From Chiloscyllium plagiosum (taxonomy: Eukaryota): a DNA stretch of 64,000 nt. The stretch is taken from NCBI RefSeq assembly GCF_004010195.1, contig NC_057718.1, positions 90,284,933 through 90,348,932 on the forward strand. Direction: 5' to 3'. The translations under genes were made by a program, and so were the position numbers. A model generated the notes under the pieces. That model saw only the letters and a list, made by a program, of their open reading frames with translations, was not told where the DNA came from and made no database searches. Position 1 is the first letter of the stretch. Each line of letters begins with the position of its first letter. This document shows, piece after piece, positions 24,826 through 37,044 of the stretch.

Positions 24826-25339
24826 CTTCCCCACTGTTTCTCCAAAGGAAGGGACATTGAAGAGACACCAAGAGGAAGTGAGACTGTACTCATCAAATAT
24901 GGGAATCAAATGGTTGTGATTTATCCTTCATGATTAATTGGGATTAATTATGAAATCTCAAATCCTGCTGGAAATGACCAAGGCAATTTGTACCTCAGTT
25001 GTTCTGTAATGAACATTTTGAGGAACAGAATGGTAATCATGTGGGTTATTTACACACACACACACACACAGACCAATACATCCAAAGGATATGGAATGGG
25101 TATGCAGTGGGTGACATACATTCCAGTACAGAGCAGTGAAGGAGGCAAGGCAGCAGTTGTGGGGTCATGCAAGTAGAACTACTGCCAGGTTTAAATATTG
25201 GCTGAATGTTCAGGCTAAAGGCAAAGTGAGAGAAAAAGGAGATTAAAAATACAGAATACAAGTCATGACAGTAAGGCCGAAGACTCCTAATCACTGGGGA
25301 AAGACTCCGTCATGAGAAACCTCCCTCGTGCACTATGTT

Positions 25340-25510
25340 AATGTTTTGAGTCCAGTGACCCTTCTTTGGAACAGACCCTTCAAGCCCTCCTGAAGAAGGG
25401 TCACTGGAATGTTCACTCTATTTTCTCTCGACAGATGTTGCCAGGCCTGCTGAGTTTCTCCAGCAATTTCTGTTTTTGTTTGTTTCAGATTGTCAGCATC
25501 TGAGTTCTTC
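25340..25510. mobile_element. PLE-derived partly palindromic element, family D
   Basis: TCCAGTGACCCTTCTT...AAGAAGGGTCACTGGA inverted pair, CTGAAGA motif, terminal CCTGCTGAGTTTCTCCAGCA...CAGCATCTG. Confidence 0.55.
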
Positions 25511-26142
25511 ATTTTATGCTAAGATCTATCAAGTCAGGTTTCAGTCTGAAATCTGTCTTCTCCAGTAATAACATCAGCTGGGATTATAACATTCATTATG
25601 CCCCTCTTATTTTTCTTAATATATTCGTAAAAACATTGAACATTACTCTTTGCTGTCCCTCACTCGCCTTTTTTTCTCAAATTTCCTTTTTTTGTGGACT
25701 TGTACTTTCTCTGAACCTTATTGTCTATTTTTATATTTCTCCGCGTCCGCAGAGGAGATAGCAGAGACCAGAGACTTGTCGTTCACAAGTTGGTTTCAAT
25801 CTACCTCCCTGCAATAATCTTAATGTCACGTTGCATGTGTTTTTCTGAAAATGCTTGGTTCACTTTCTAAATTTTCTTCAAAAGAAATCAAATTAAAGTG
25901 AGGAAAGACACTTAGAGTTACTGCAATTTGTGTTTCCTAATTTCTGATTTCTCATGTGGTTTATAGTTTAACAATTAATTATCTGCCTGTCCGAGGTAAA
26001 GCATTAGCAATTTGGCCTTTTTAGTTGCCAATAAGATATCATTGAGATAATTAGTAACTCAGTTGCATGCTTCTTTTGAAAAGTTGAAGAAATATTAAAC
26101 GATAATGAAATGTTTAGATCCCTTTTTGTCTCAACTTCTCAT

Positions 26143-26449
26143 CATAGATACCCCACATGTGGAAACAGGTCATTTGGCCCAACACATTCACACTAACCCT
26201 CCAAAGAGTATCCCACCCAGACCCATTCCCCTAGACTAATGCACCTAATCTACACATCCCTGGACACCTATGGGCAATTTAGCATGGCCAATCCACCTAG
26301 CCTGCACATCTTTGGACTGAGGGAGGATACCCACACAGGCACAAGACAAAAGTGCAAACTTCACACAGACAGTCACCTGAGGCTGGAATCAAACCCAGGT
26401 CCCTGACGCTGTGAGGTAGCAGTGCTAACCACTGAGCCACCGTGCCGAC
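26143..26449 (-). mobile_element. HE1-like V-SINE
   Basis: Collinear with other copies. Confidence 0.88.
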
Positions 26450-26757
26450 CAATCTCTCCCATTCTGTTTAAATCCATTCTCTCTCTTTCTCCAATTAATG
26501 CCTTTTTCCAGTTTCTGGCCACTTCTCTGAGCAGAGGTTCGATTCCAAGACTTTGCATTTACTGTCGGCTTTGAACGAAAATGGAAACAAAGACATTAAT
26601 AGATATGGGAAAAATTAACTGGGTGAGTTTGACTATGGTATATTCTGAATTTTATCCTTTTCTCTATTGTTTAAACCCTCCAACAACAGTGGTAACCCTG
26701 CAACCGAAAGCACTTCGGGATATCTTGGGATAGGCAAGTCTCTTATTTTAAACTAAT

Positions 26758-27083
26758 GGGGCAGCATGGTGGCTCAGTAGTTAGCACTGTTGCCTCGCAG
26801 CACCAAGCACATGGGTTCAATCCCCGCTTCGGGCAACTGTCTGTGTGAAGTTTGCACATTCTCCCCGTGTCTGCGTGGGTTTCCTCCGGGTGCTCCGGTT
26901 TCCTCCCACAGTCCAAAGATGTGCAGGTTAGGTGAAAAGGCCATGCTAAATTGCCTGTAGTGTTAGGTGCATTAGTCAGGGGTAAATGTAGGGGAATGGG
27001 TCTGGTTAGGTTGCTCTTTGGAGAGTTGGTGTGGACTTGTTGGGCCGAAGGGCCTGTTTCCACACTGGAGGGAATCTAATCTA
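26758..27083 (+). mobile_element. HE1-like V-SINE, well preserved
   Basis: Head, V-domain, tail and (AATCT)2 end. Confidence 0.92.
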
Positions 27084-28142
27084 AAGTGGAGGTTGAGAAA
27101 AGGCTTCAGAATGCTTTCCAACTGAGTTGTGGGAAAATAGTTGACAGATTGCGCAGATTAATTTGCTCAAAACCAACTTCAAACGTGGATGCAAGAATTT
27201 AAAATGGAAAATCAAATTGATTTCAAAACAGGAAGTATCTGTTGACATAAGATTTTTTAATTTGATAAAAGTGAACTTGAAAATAGGTCACGGCAGTACC
27301 CAAAACTTGTCTGTTTCTGATGTGGCAAGAGCTGCTCCAGAGGCTGAAACATATTGTGACCATTGACTCAGCCACTGAACAAGAAGTATTAATAATCTAC
27401 AAAAGATGATTGATGATAGAAAGGATAACCAATAATACTGACAAAAGAAATGCACCCTTCAATAGGAAGAATTTCAATAGAGACGTATACTTCTAACGTA
27501 TGGAGATAAAGACTCAATGATATTTCCAAATTGCAATGACAGATTGAACATGGTAAATGATAGGCTATTTTTACCATCTGCATAAATTAAGCATTACACA
27601 TCTAATCCATTTGATGACTCAAGGCTCCTTTTTTGCACATGGTTGGAGTGACTTGATAACAAACCCTTTCATGCTGTAGTCAAAGGTTCTCGGGAATCCA
27701 TGACTATTTAATTTCCAAGAGTTAAAATGGTAGCAACAGGCCCTTCCTGTCTGAAGCAATTCCATCACCTCCACACAACAGGGGGATCTCCAGCTCTTGT
27801 CAAAAGCCTATAACTAGGCTTTTAGCTTCCTCGCCTCTGACATTGTGGCATTGTTGAGCTGTGCAGAGAAACAAAGCAGAACCCAAAAAAAGACCAACAA
27901 ATGTTGTGGGAGCGTGACAGTTCCTGGGCAGCAGGGACTACAGAAATGTCATGTCACGGAAAGCAATCTGTCAAGATTGAGTAATGTAGAATGTAACATA
28001 GTGGGAGGATGCTTCAAGGTTGGCGGAGGGAGTCTGGAACATGTTCACAGGCAAAACATGGAAGATAAGATTAAACCCTTTTGGTGTGATATCGTGGAGA
28101 GCTCTTAGCTCCCTCTTCTGGCCTCTTTCCGCAAGATGACCC

Positions 28143-28307
28143 AGAATCAAGGGTTAAGAGGATAAGGCAGGAACAGGATACTGATCGTGGATGAGAAAGT
28201 GAGGACTGCAGATGCTGGAGATCGTGGATGATCAGCCATGATCATAATGAATGGTGGTGCTGGCTCGAAGGACCGAATGGCCTATCCTGCACCTATTGTC
28301 TATTGTC
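28143..28307 (+). mobile_element. CR1 3' tail containing a 25-nt PLE family-A terminal insertion
   Basis: GATCGTGGATGA duplicated at 28183-28194 and 28220-28231 around GAAAGTGAGGACTGCAGATGCTGGA. Confidence 0.75.
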
Positions 28308-28850
28308 ATTGGACCATTTCCAATGAGGTCTCGTCAATGGGGATAAATCCCAGGCTCCTGCTCAAAGCCAGGGAAATGGGGCATTGGAAGGCAAGAATTC
28401 ATAAGAACCTGTCTCTTCTGATTTAACCTTTGGGATGGGTCATAAAAAAACTCAAGAAATATTTTCTAGTTTGTCTCCACTGATCTGGTGGGGGGTGGTG
28501 GAGGGGAGGGAAAAGCAATAAAATATATCGCTATAGAAGATTAAACATTTGACTGGATTTCAGGGAAGAGGGGAATGTGTGGATACGATGGAATCCTTAC
28601 AGGGAATGATGGAAAAGGGTTCAAGGCTAGACTGAACCCAGGAATGGAAAGAGCAATAAACAAAGACTGGTCAAAGAGATAGGATTATGAAGAAAAAACA
28701 CAGAGAGACAAAGTAAGAAAAGATATTAACAGTTTGAATTTTAACTAATTTTTAACAACAATTTAATACTTGAAGGAATGAGATGCCGTAATATAAATTG
28801 CTCAATTTCTGATGCAGTGAATTGAGTAGCACTGCAAGAGAAGGAAGCTA

Positions 28851-28985
28851 GGAGAAAGTAAGGATTGCAGATATTGGAGATCAGAGTTGAAGAGTGTGGT
28901 GCTGCAAAAACACAGTGGGTCAGGCAGCATCCGAGGAGTAGGAGAACCGACATTTCAGGCATAAAGTCCTCATCAGGAATGAGGA
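28851..28985 (-). mobile_element. PLE family A terminal fragment
   Basis: GAGAAAGTAAGGATTGCAGATATTGGAGATCAGAG...CAGGCAGCATCCGAGGAG...TCATCAGGAATGAGG. Confidence 0.75.
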
Positions 28986-30659
28986 CAAGAGGAGGAATCT
29001 TTTCACCACAAGGTACTTATGGTATTAAGTACTAACCTGAGTTTTCTGTGGAAGTTGGAAATTAATGCACAAATGCAATAATGTTATTAAATCACAGGAA
29101 GGCAGAGGATGAGCTGCTCATCTCATGATATCAATAGCACAGGGACACCAATTGTTCAGACAAATTCTTAATTCAAGGTGGGCTAGATCTTTAGACCCAC
29201 CATGGTGGGCACAGAATGTTATGCTACCAGCTGCATGCCTGTCCCCGGCTCAATCCCGACCTGTGCCACTTCCTAATTAATCCAGTTACAGGCCTAAAGC
29301 CTGTTAACAGAGGCCAACTGGGAATTTCCTGTTGGCTCCAGGTTCCCGGAGGGATTAGGGACAGGTTGAGCTGCAAATATCCAGCTGCACACCAGCAAGT
29401 ATCAATGCTCAAGGCAGACTGAGAGTCTTTCTTTGCCAGCCTGGATTTGTCAGTGGCTAGAGGCTGCTACCCTCCCTCACCCCTCACAGTGGTGCCTTAA
29501 CTGGAAACGCCACTTTGGAGTTAGAGTTAATGAAAACATTGGAGAGAAGATGCCTCCATTTTGGGCTTCCTCCTCCCTCTCAACCTCTTACTTTGATATT
29601 CTGCTGCTGCTTTCAAATCAACTAGGCTTCAGATTGATGTCCCCAAAGAGTTACCTTATAAATCTAAGGTATACTTGTAAACATCAAATTGGAGCTCCAG
29701 TACGTTCGTTTGCAAGTATTATTGGAATTTTTCTAGGTTTTCTCACTGGAAAGCTTCCAACTTTGAGATCTGGCCTACCAACAACAACTGGGCATTAAGC
29801 CTGCTCTCTGACCATACATTGACCACTTTGGTGGCAATCACAATGAGTGGCTATTTCCCACACAGTGTGGACTTACCACCCTCATTTCAATCTGCAGAGG
29901 TTTTCAGGGAACACCCCGTCTGGGGTATCTAGACCTAGCCACAACACTTTGAACGGTTTACACACTTCTAATGGGAAGTGGATTACACTTTGGCAGCAGA
30001 TTTTTAAATTTTGGCAGCAGATTTATGCTCATTGTTTTAATGTATTGAAATATAATTCCTGAATTACTTAATTGAAGCGTCAATGCACCTTTGCCTCTTT
30101 TACAGTAATTTTCACTCCTTAATAATAAAATCCCAGATGACCATGGGTTATGTGGAGTGAATTGTTTACCAAACTACAAAATTCTGTACAATTTTATCAG
30201 CACTACACAGGCACCATTTGCCTGACAGGAATTATATAGAACATCGATTTTCCTCTTGTGAGCGTGTTTTGTGGATTAAGCAACCTCAGGGCCCACTAGC
30301 TGCTCTCCTGATTATGCTGGTGGGGGGGGGGTTATCTTGACCTTAAAGCTTTAGATTTGTGGTGTCGTTAGTGTGTGGGTAACCAGTGTGGGAGGAGCTC
30401 AGGTGTGGAGGGGTTCTCCTGAAATCTCCCCTCACTTTTCAGCCAGACGGCTGCCAGCATTGTTTAAATGTCTCCATGACCTACCCCCTGCCACTCCATG
30501 CCCATCCTCCATCTCCTTGTATACTCCGCAGCCACTTCCTCACTACCCAGAAAGTACAGTCCTCGGATTCTGAGCAACAAGTAGAAATATCTTACATTCG
30601 CTGGAGATCGAAAAGCTGTCACCATCTGATAAAATCAAATATGCTGAAGAAAGATTGCT

Positions 30660-30984
30660 TTAGAATTAGAATTCCGACATTGTGTAGAAACAGGCCCTTC
30701 GGCCCAACAAGTCCACACCAACCCTCTGAAGAGTAACCCAACCAGACCCATTCCCCTACCCTATACTTGACTAATGCACCTAACCTACACATCCCTGAAC
30801 ACTATGGGTAATTTAGCATCGCCAATTCACCTAATCTGCACATCTTTGGATTGTGGGAGGAAACCCACACAGGTACAGTGAGAATGTGCCAACTCCATCC
30901 AGACAATCACCTGAGGCTGGAATCGAACCCAGGTCCCTGGCGCTGTGAGGCAGCAGTGCTAACCACTGAGCCACCGTGCCACCC
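30660..30984 (-). mobile_element. HE1-like V-SINE
   Basis: Collinear with other copies. Confidence 0.9.
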
Positions 30985-31379
30985 TGGCCATCCATAATGC
31001 CTTGTAATCCCTAATAATTGTAACAATTCTGGTGATCTCAATAAACTCACATCAACAAATCAGAAACCACAAGAAAGGCACCGTTATTCTCAGATGAAAG
31101 GATCACATACTGTACTGAAAGCCACTTGCACTTGAACCTCAGTCAAGCATTCATAATGGCCACAGCCTTCCAAACATTTCAGTGCTGTCTGAAGGGTAAG
31201 GGACAGAAGGTGTTCATTTCAATTTCAAAGCAGAGTGCTTGTACATTCATGGACTGGTGCAGGTGGTTAGTTTTTCTTCCCCTCAGGAGCCAAAAGTAGT
31301 TTTTCTTATAATTAGGCAGAGCTGTCACTACATTCAAATTACGCTATGAAAAATAAAAGCCCTGCAGTAACTCACTGAG

Positions 31380-31690
31380 ACACCGCTTACAGTCCTTTCC
31401 AAACCCACGACCTCCACCATGTCGTAGTACAAGGTCACCACAAGCATAGGAACACTACCATGTGCAAGTTCCCCTCGAAGTCACACACTATTCCTGATTT
31501 GGAACTATACTGCTGTTCCTTCATTGCCATTCAGTCAAAAACTTTGGAATTCCCTTCCTAACGGCAGTACGGGTAAACCAAGGACTGCAGCAGCTATAGA
31601 AGACAATTCAACACTACCTTCTCCAGGGCAACTCGAGATGGGCAATAAATGCTGGCCTAGCCAGTGATGCCCATATCCCACCAACAAATA
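31380..31690 (+). mobile_element. Second LINE family, 3' end
   Basis: CCAAACCCACGACCTCCACCA...GGACTGCAGCAG...CCTTCTCCAGGGCAACTCGAGATGGGCAATAAATGCTGGCC; matches the reverse complement of 43735-44140. Confidence 0.75.
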
Positions 31691-32481
31691 AAGATATAAC
31701 TCAGCCTCAGTGGTTTAGTAATGAAAGAACAAATGTAGATGGAATATAGATGAAAGTCGAGGCAATCAGCATTCTGGCTGTTGTCAATAATCTGGGAGTA
31801 GGCTTCTTTCACATCAGAGTGGTGCCGGGTGTAGGTGGCAAATATCTTAAGGAATACGTGCAGCTTGGTTCCATGTAATCGTTTATGTTGAGCAATAAGT
31901 TGTTTGCAACTATATGTCTGTTTTACAATGTTTATTCTAATAATAGCTGTGTTCATAACAAACTCAAAAGATGCTAATTTTGTGAGATACATTTATATGG
32001 ATAAACCTACTGATCAGCTGTCAGTGAACACAGCTTGTATTTCTCTGATGAGCAGTATCTGGTATTAATCACACAGAGGGGAGGAGATGGCATCAGATCC
32101 TGGTTTTGCGCCAATATCTCATTAACCCTATAAAGCGAGGCAGATGATAGCCAGTTAACTCTGGTATCCCATTTAAACTTAGATAGCTCATTAAGCACTC
32201 ACAGAAATTTCTTTTTCAAATTATTTAAGAGAATGATGTATTTTCTTCAAACGTGAAGCTCCACTATAGGGTCCAAAGTTGTGGTCATAAATTCTCAATA
32301 ATTGCAGATATAGAAAGTGGAGAATTCATAGCCCCTGCAGCTTTTCAATGTTCTGCAATAAATATGATAATTGAGTGACCTTTGACACCGGCCTATGTTT
32401 TGTAATAAATTACCTCATTAAATGTTAACTGAGGCAGATACAGATTCATTAACTACTTTTAGAATTTCTGTCATGCTCCAA

Positions 32482-33243
32482 ATAGAAAGAACAAAGAACA
32501 ATACAGCACAGGTACAGGCCCTTCGGCCCTCCAAGCCTGTGCCAGCACATTTTGCCCTTCCATACTAAAATTGTCTTCACTTACAGGATCCATATCCCTC
32601 TATTCCCTTCTTATTCATGATTTGGAGATGGCGCTGTTAGACTGGGGTGTACAAAGTTAAAAATCACACAACACCAGGTTATAGTCCAACAGGTTTAATT
32701 GGAAGCACACTAGCTTTCAGAGCGACGCTCCTTCATCATCAGGTGATTGACAATCACCTGATGAAGGAGCGTCGCTCCGAATGCTAGTGTGCTTCCAATT
32801 AAACCTGTTGGACTATAACCTGGTGTTGCGTGATTGTTAACTTCCTATTCGTGTATTTGTCCAGGTGCTTCCAGGTGCTTCTTGAATGCTGTTATTGTGT
32901 CTGCTTCCCCCACCTCCTCTGGCAGCGTGTTCCAGGCACTCACCACCCAATGCTGAAAAACCTGCCTCGCTCATCTCTGTTAAACTTCTCTCCCCGCACC
33001 TTGAACCCACGTCCCCAAGAAATTGACTCCACCCCCCCATGGGAAAAAGCCTTATGCTTTCCACTCTTTCCATGTCGTTCGCAATCTTATAAACTTCCAT
33101 CAGGTCACCCCTCAACCTCCTGCGTTTCAGCAAGAACAAACCCAGTCTATCCAAACTTTCCTCTGAGGTAAAACTCCCCCACCTCAGGCAACATGCTGGA
33201 CCCTCTCCAAAGTTTCCACATCCTTCTGGTAGTGTAGTGACCT
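32482..33243 (-). mobile_element. CR1-clade LINE 3' fragment
   Basis: EESLDRLGLFLLKRRRLRGDLMEVYKIA; AAAGAAC-type tail at about 32485. Confidence 0.85.
32618..32840. mobile_element. PLE-derived palindromic element, family B, inserted in a CR1 tail
   Basis: Arms CAACACCAGGTTATAGTCCAACAGGTTTAATTGGAAGCACACTAGC and its reverse complement; CTTC(T/C)TATTC on both flanks; CAC-CTGATGA-A-GGAGC-GTC-GCTCC-GAAT-GCTA-GTG from 32755. Confidence 0.8.
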
Positions 33244-33989
33244 TACACTGACACATCACACTGCGTTACAGTTGGAGTGGAGTTTTAAACAGGAGCCAGA
33301 CAAATAGTTTCTGTGGTGAAACGGTATTGTCAGAATCAGGTTCAAATCCCACCTGCTCCTGAGATGCATCATTCCATATCTGAACAGGCTGATTAAAGCT
33401 ATCTGCAAGTCAAACAGTCTGTTTATGAAGCAGAGTATAATTAAATAGTACTCCGCAACAAATAGTCCACAGAGTCTAACTCGCAACATGGGTGCTGAGG
33501 AAAATATAAGCACTACCCTGGTTAGGCAGTAGTGTGGGGGGAAAAGGAAAACAAAATATAAAAGGGGATTAAAAAAAAAGAGAAAAAAAAATAGACCACA
33601 GAGTTTATTTGAAAAGCATGTCTACGAACTACAATGAACAGAGCTTTTGATCCAAACTACACCAGTGGCTCTTGAGAAGGTGGTGAATTCTTCCGCAAGA
33701 TGCAATGACTGGAGTTAATTACAAAATGCTGGTTATTTGTGCTCAAGCAATCCTGTCACTTCAAGCAGCATAGTCTCCAGATGTTAATTAACGAAACACG
33801 AGGGTTTATTAACTACTACACATGAGAAGAAATGCGAATTATACACACACATACAGATTAGAAACAACAGGTGAGTCCAAAATGATAAAAAGTGAAAATC
33901 ACGATTATGTGGAAAAGTCTCTGAATCATTCATGATGAGTAGATCTGATAATGTTGAGACTGTTTTGGGTTGTGCTGGTAGTATCGAAT

Positions 33990-34228
33990 CAGAGAATTCC
34001 TACAGCACGGAAACAGGCCATTTAGCCCATCAACTCTGCACTGATCCTCCAATGAGCATCCCATTGATGCCTTATGCCCTGTAATCCTGCATTTCCCATG
34101 GCCAATCTAACCTGCAAATCATTGGACTGAGGGAAAAAAACTGGAGCAACCGAATGAAACCCATGCAGTCATGGGGCGAATGTGCAAACTCCACACAGAC
34201 AGTCACCTGAGGGTGGAACCAAACCCTG
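33990..34228 (-). mobile_element. HE1-like V-SINE, degenerate
   Basis: Collinear tail and body. Confidence 0.75.
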
Positions 34229-34399
34229 ATGATATTAGCAGTTGAGCTATGGTTTTGTAGGCTAATTGAAGTTCCTTTCTCCTGATTCATTTTTTAAAAC
34301 TCGGAGTAAAGGATTAAATTCCTTTCTTTACTTGCAGTGCAGGGGTGCATATTGGCTCTTCTCAAGCTGTGAAGCTCACAACATACTAGACATATTCTA

Positions 34400-34530
34400 A
34401 TGAGTCCTGAAGAAGGGTTATACCTGAAACATTGTCTTCCACATCTCCTGATGGTGCCTGGCTTGCTGTGCTTTTCCAGTATCCTATTTGTTTACTTTGG
34501 ATTCCCGCATCTGCAGTGTTATCTTTTGGT
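34400..34530 (+). mobile_element. PLE-type terminal fragment
   Basis: CCTGAAGAAGGGTTATACCTGAAACATT...GCTTGCTGTGCTTTTCCAG...GCATCTGCAG. Confidence 0.6.
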
Positions 34531-35269
34531 CTCTAGCATATGCTAATGCACAGCAGCCTAGTAATAGCATGCAGCTTATGTTGAACCTTTTGTTTAACCC
34601 CTACTTTATCTGGAACTTTCTAGAAAGGGAACCCCTCAAAAAGGTACCTCCCTGGCAAGTGGGGTGGATAGTATGATCAGACCCCTTGTTATCTCAAGTC
34701 ACTCCTGTCTGTTGAGTGTTTCTTTGACACCTTCAGGTATTACATTCCATCAGTCCCAATAAGTATTTTCCAAGCCATTCACTGGATTTATGCCTGCAGT
34801 AATTTTGTCTCAGTAGAAACTCTTTTTTTAAAACAAATCACACTTTGGACTTAAAGGTTAAAAGCATATGAAGTATTTCAAGATTATGATCTGACATTGA
34901 AGCCCTTCCCCCACTGGATGTATGACTCGAGGTTTGTTTTCAATTCAGTACAAAGCGTGAAAGGAATTGAATATAGAACAACAGACGCACTCACAGCTGC
35001 CTTCATTCTCTGAGCCTCAGTCAATGTTGCCTTTTCGATTCTAACAGAATCTCTGCAGGTTCCGGACAGAGGTCTGCAAGAACATTTGGTTTCCCAGTAA
35101 TGTGGATGTTTTTTTAAGACGTATGGTTGAAGGAACAAACTCCAATGGAATAACCTGTGGACAAGAGAGTTCAATGTGCACCCGCATCCATGTCTTACTC
35201 CAATGTATCCCTGCTGCTACCCTCATCCTTTGGGTTAGTGGAAATAGGGCAGATTGCTCCCCTTCAGGG

Positions 35270-36680
35270 TGGAGGTATTGCTTTATTGTGTGACATGACA
35301 CAACTTTTGCGTTTTTCCCCGATCTGGGATATCAATCAGGGGTATCAATTAACTTCCCCATGACTCTTTGCTACTTTATGTAGCACACTGAACTGCTGTT
35401 TAACATTAACTTGATATTTATAGGAGCATTAACATGTAAAGTCTTGCCTGTAAGTTTGGGGCCCTGCTATGTTTAGCCACATTGTGCTTCACCACTGTTT
35501 GGGTGATTTCTACATGTTCTCTGAGCACTTCATGAGTGTCAGTCTTGGACCTCTGCTATGTATTGTAATGTGGGGACTTCCTCCTACTCTATTATAAATC
35601 TCTCCTTGATTACGTAGAACATAGAACATTACAGCACAGTACAGACCCTTCAGCCATCAATGTTTCGCTGACCAGTGGAACCAATCTGAAGCCCATTTAA
35701 CCTACACTATTCTATTTTCATCCATATGTCTATCCAATGACCATTTAAATGCCTTGAAAGTTGGCAAGTCTACTACTGTTGCAGACAGGGCATTCCATGC
35801 CCTCATTACTCTCTGAGTAAAGAAACTACCTCTGATATCTGTCCTTTATCTATCACCCCTCAATTTAAAGCTATGTCCCCTCGTGCTAGCCATCACCGTC
35901 TGAGGAAAAAGGCTCTCGCTATCCACCCTATCTAACCCTTTGATTATCTTATATGTCTCAATTAGGTCATCTCTCCACCTTCTCTCTAACGAAAACAGCC
36001 TCAAGTCCCTCAGCCTTTCCTCATAAGACCTTCCCTCCATACCTGGCAACATCTTAGTAAATCTCCTCTGAACCCCTTCCAAAGCTTCCACATCCTTCCC
36101 GTAATGCGGTGACCAGAACTGTACGCAATAAACACTTTCAGCATACTTTCAGAGGCCCATGCAATTGGTGCTTATAATTTAATACAATTGGGGTCAACCC
36201 ATTAGTCTCATTAGGGAATCAGGGTGCCAAAAAAACAGAAAATTTAGTTCTTTGCTACAGTCATGGGGGTACTCATAGCAGAATGGCCTGATCCATTGTT
36301 TTTAGAGTCTGGTGGTACCATTGTGGCCTGGTGGGTGATACAACAAAAACTTCCATTAGGTCCTGCCCAGGTTAGCCATGACTTCTAGAGCTATTTCAGA
36401 CAATAACTTTGAGCCATGGCCCGACTGGATCTCAATGGGCAGACCACACCGGGTGAACTATGTGGTTAATTCCTTCATGTTTTGATGGATAAGGTTCTCA
36501 GGGGCTGGAGAATGTGTAGCCATAATCCATGATCCATGATGGTAAGGATACTTTCTTCTGTTTCAGGCGATCCGTAAAAACCTTGCTGATTGGTTCCCCA
36601 GCACAGGAATCATGCGCACAGGTCTTATGGCGTGTTGGGGGGGATTTTCCCGCAATCTGCAAAACCCCTCTCCATCCTGT
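35270..36680 (-). mobile_element. Decayed Ty3/Gypsy LTR-retrotransposon integrase region, split by a CR1 insertion
   Basis: Manual minus-strand translation across stops and frameshifts: QIAGK/HAIRPVRMIPVL/GEPISKVFTD/LTIMD/ELTT*FTRCGLPIEIQSGHGSKLLSEIALEVMANLG..YHP/YHQTLKTM..FCYEYPHDC..NETNGLTP..HGPLKV |CR1| IKERF..LQYI..LREHVEITQTVVK..IPDRGKTQKLCHV. Confidence 0.8.
35615..36131 (-). mobile_element. CR1-clade LINE 3' fragment nested in the Gypsy integrase
   Basis: EALEGVQRRFTKMLPGMEGRSYEERLRDLRLFSLERR; (TAGAACA)2 tail on + strand. Confidence 0.9.
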
Positions 36681-37044
36681 TGAGCTGTGGTCAGACTGTT
36701 GAGCTGGTAAGACTGTTCCCATTGGAGGACACTGATCTGAAGTGAATGGTGAAATGAACTCAGGTAACATGAGAGCAAACATTTTACACGACAGGAACAG
36801 ATGTCACCGTCAGGATGAGGCTGCCTATCAGGTACTGACTGCGAGTGTGGAAGGGGGACATGTACAGTACTACGTCCCCTGTTCCACGTACAGTTTCATC
36901 TTCATCCCTGTCATGATCCAGCCGCCATTCTTGGCTGGTAATGAGTTGGAGAGCACAGTGCTGAAGGCAGGCTGGCTGATCCACAGTCCAGGCTGATTTT
37001 TGGCATTTCATGCCCGTATTTCACTTGCTGCTGACATCAATGAG

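Noticed and set aside
29180..29775. MITE with GGGCTAGATCTT / GAGATCTGGCCT termini
   Set aside because: Only an imperfect 12-bp inverted match, no TSD and no second copy in the window.
36498..36782. Harbinger transposase (HDS...W..D.GY-like spacing)
   Set aside because: Neighbouring frames match Gypsy integrase motifs much better and over a longer stretch.
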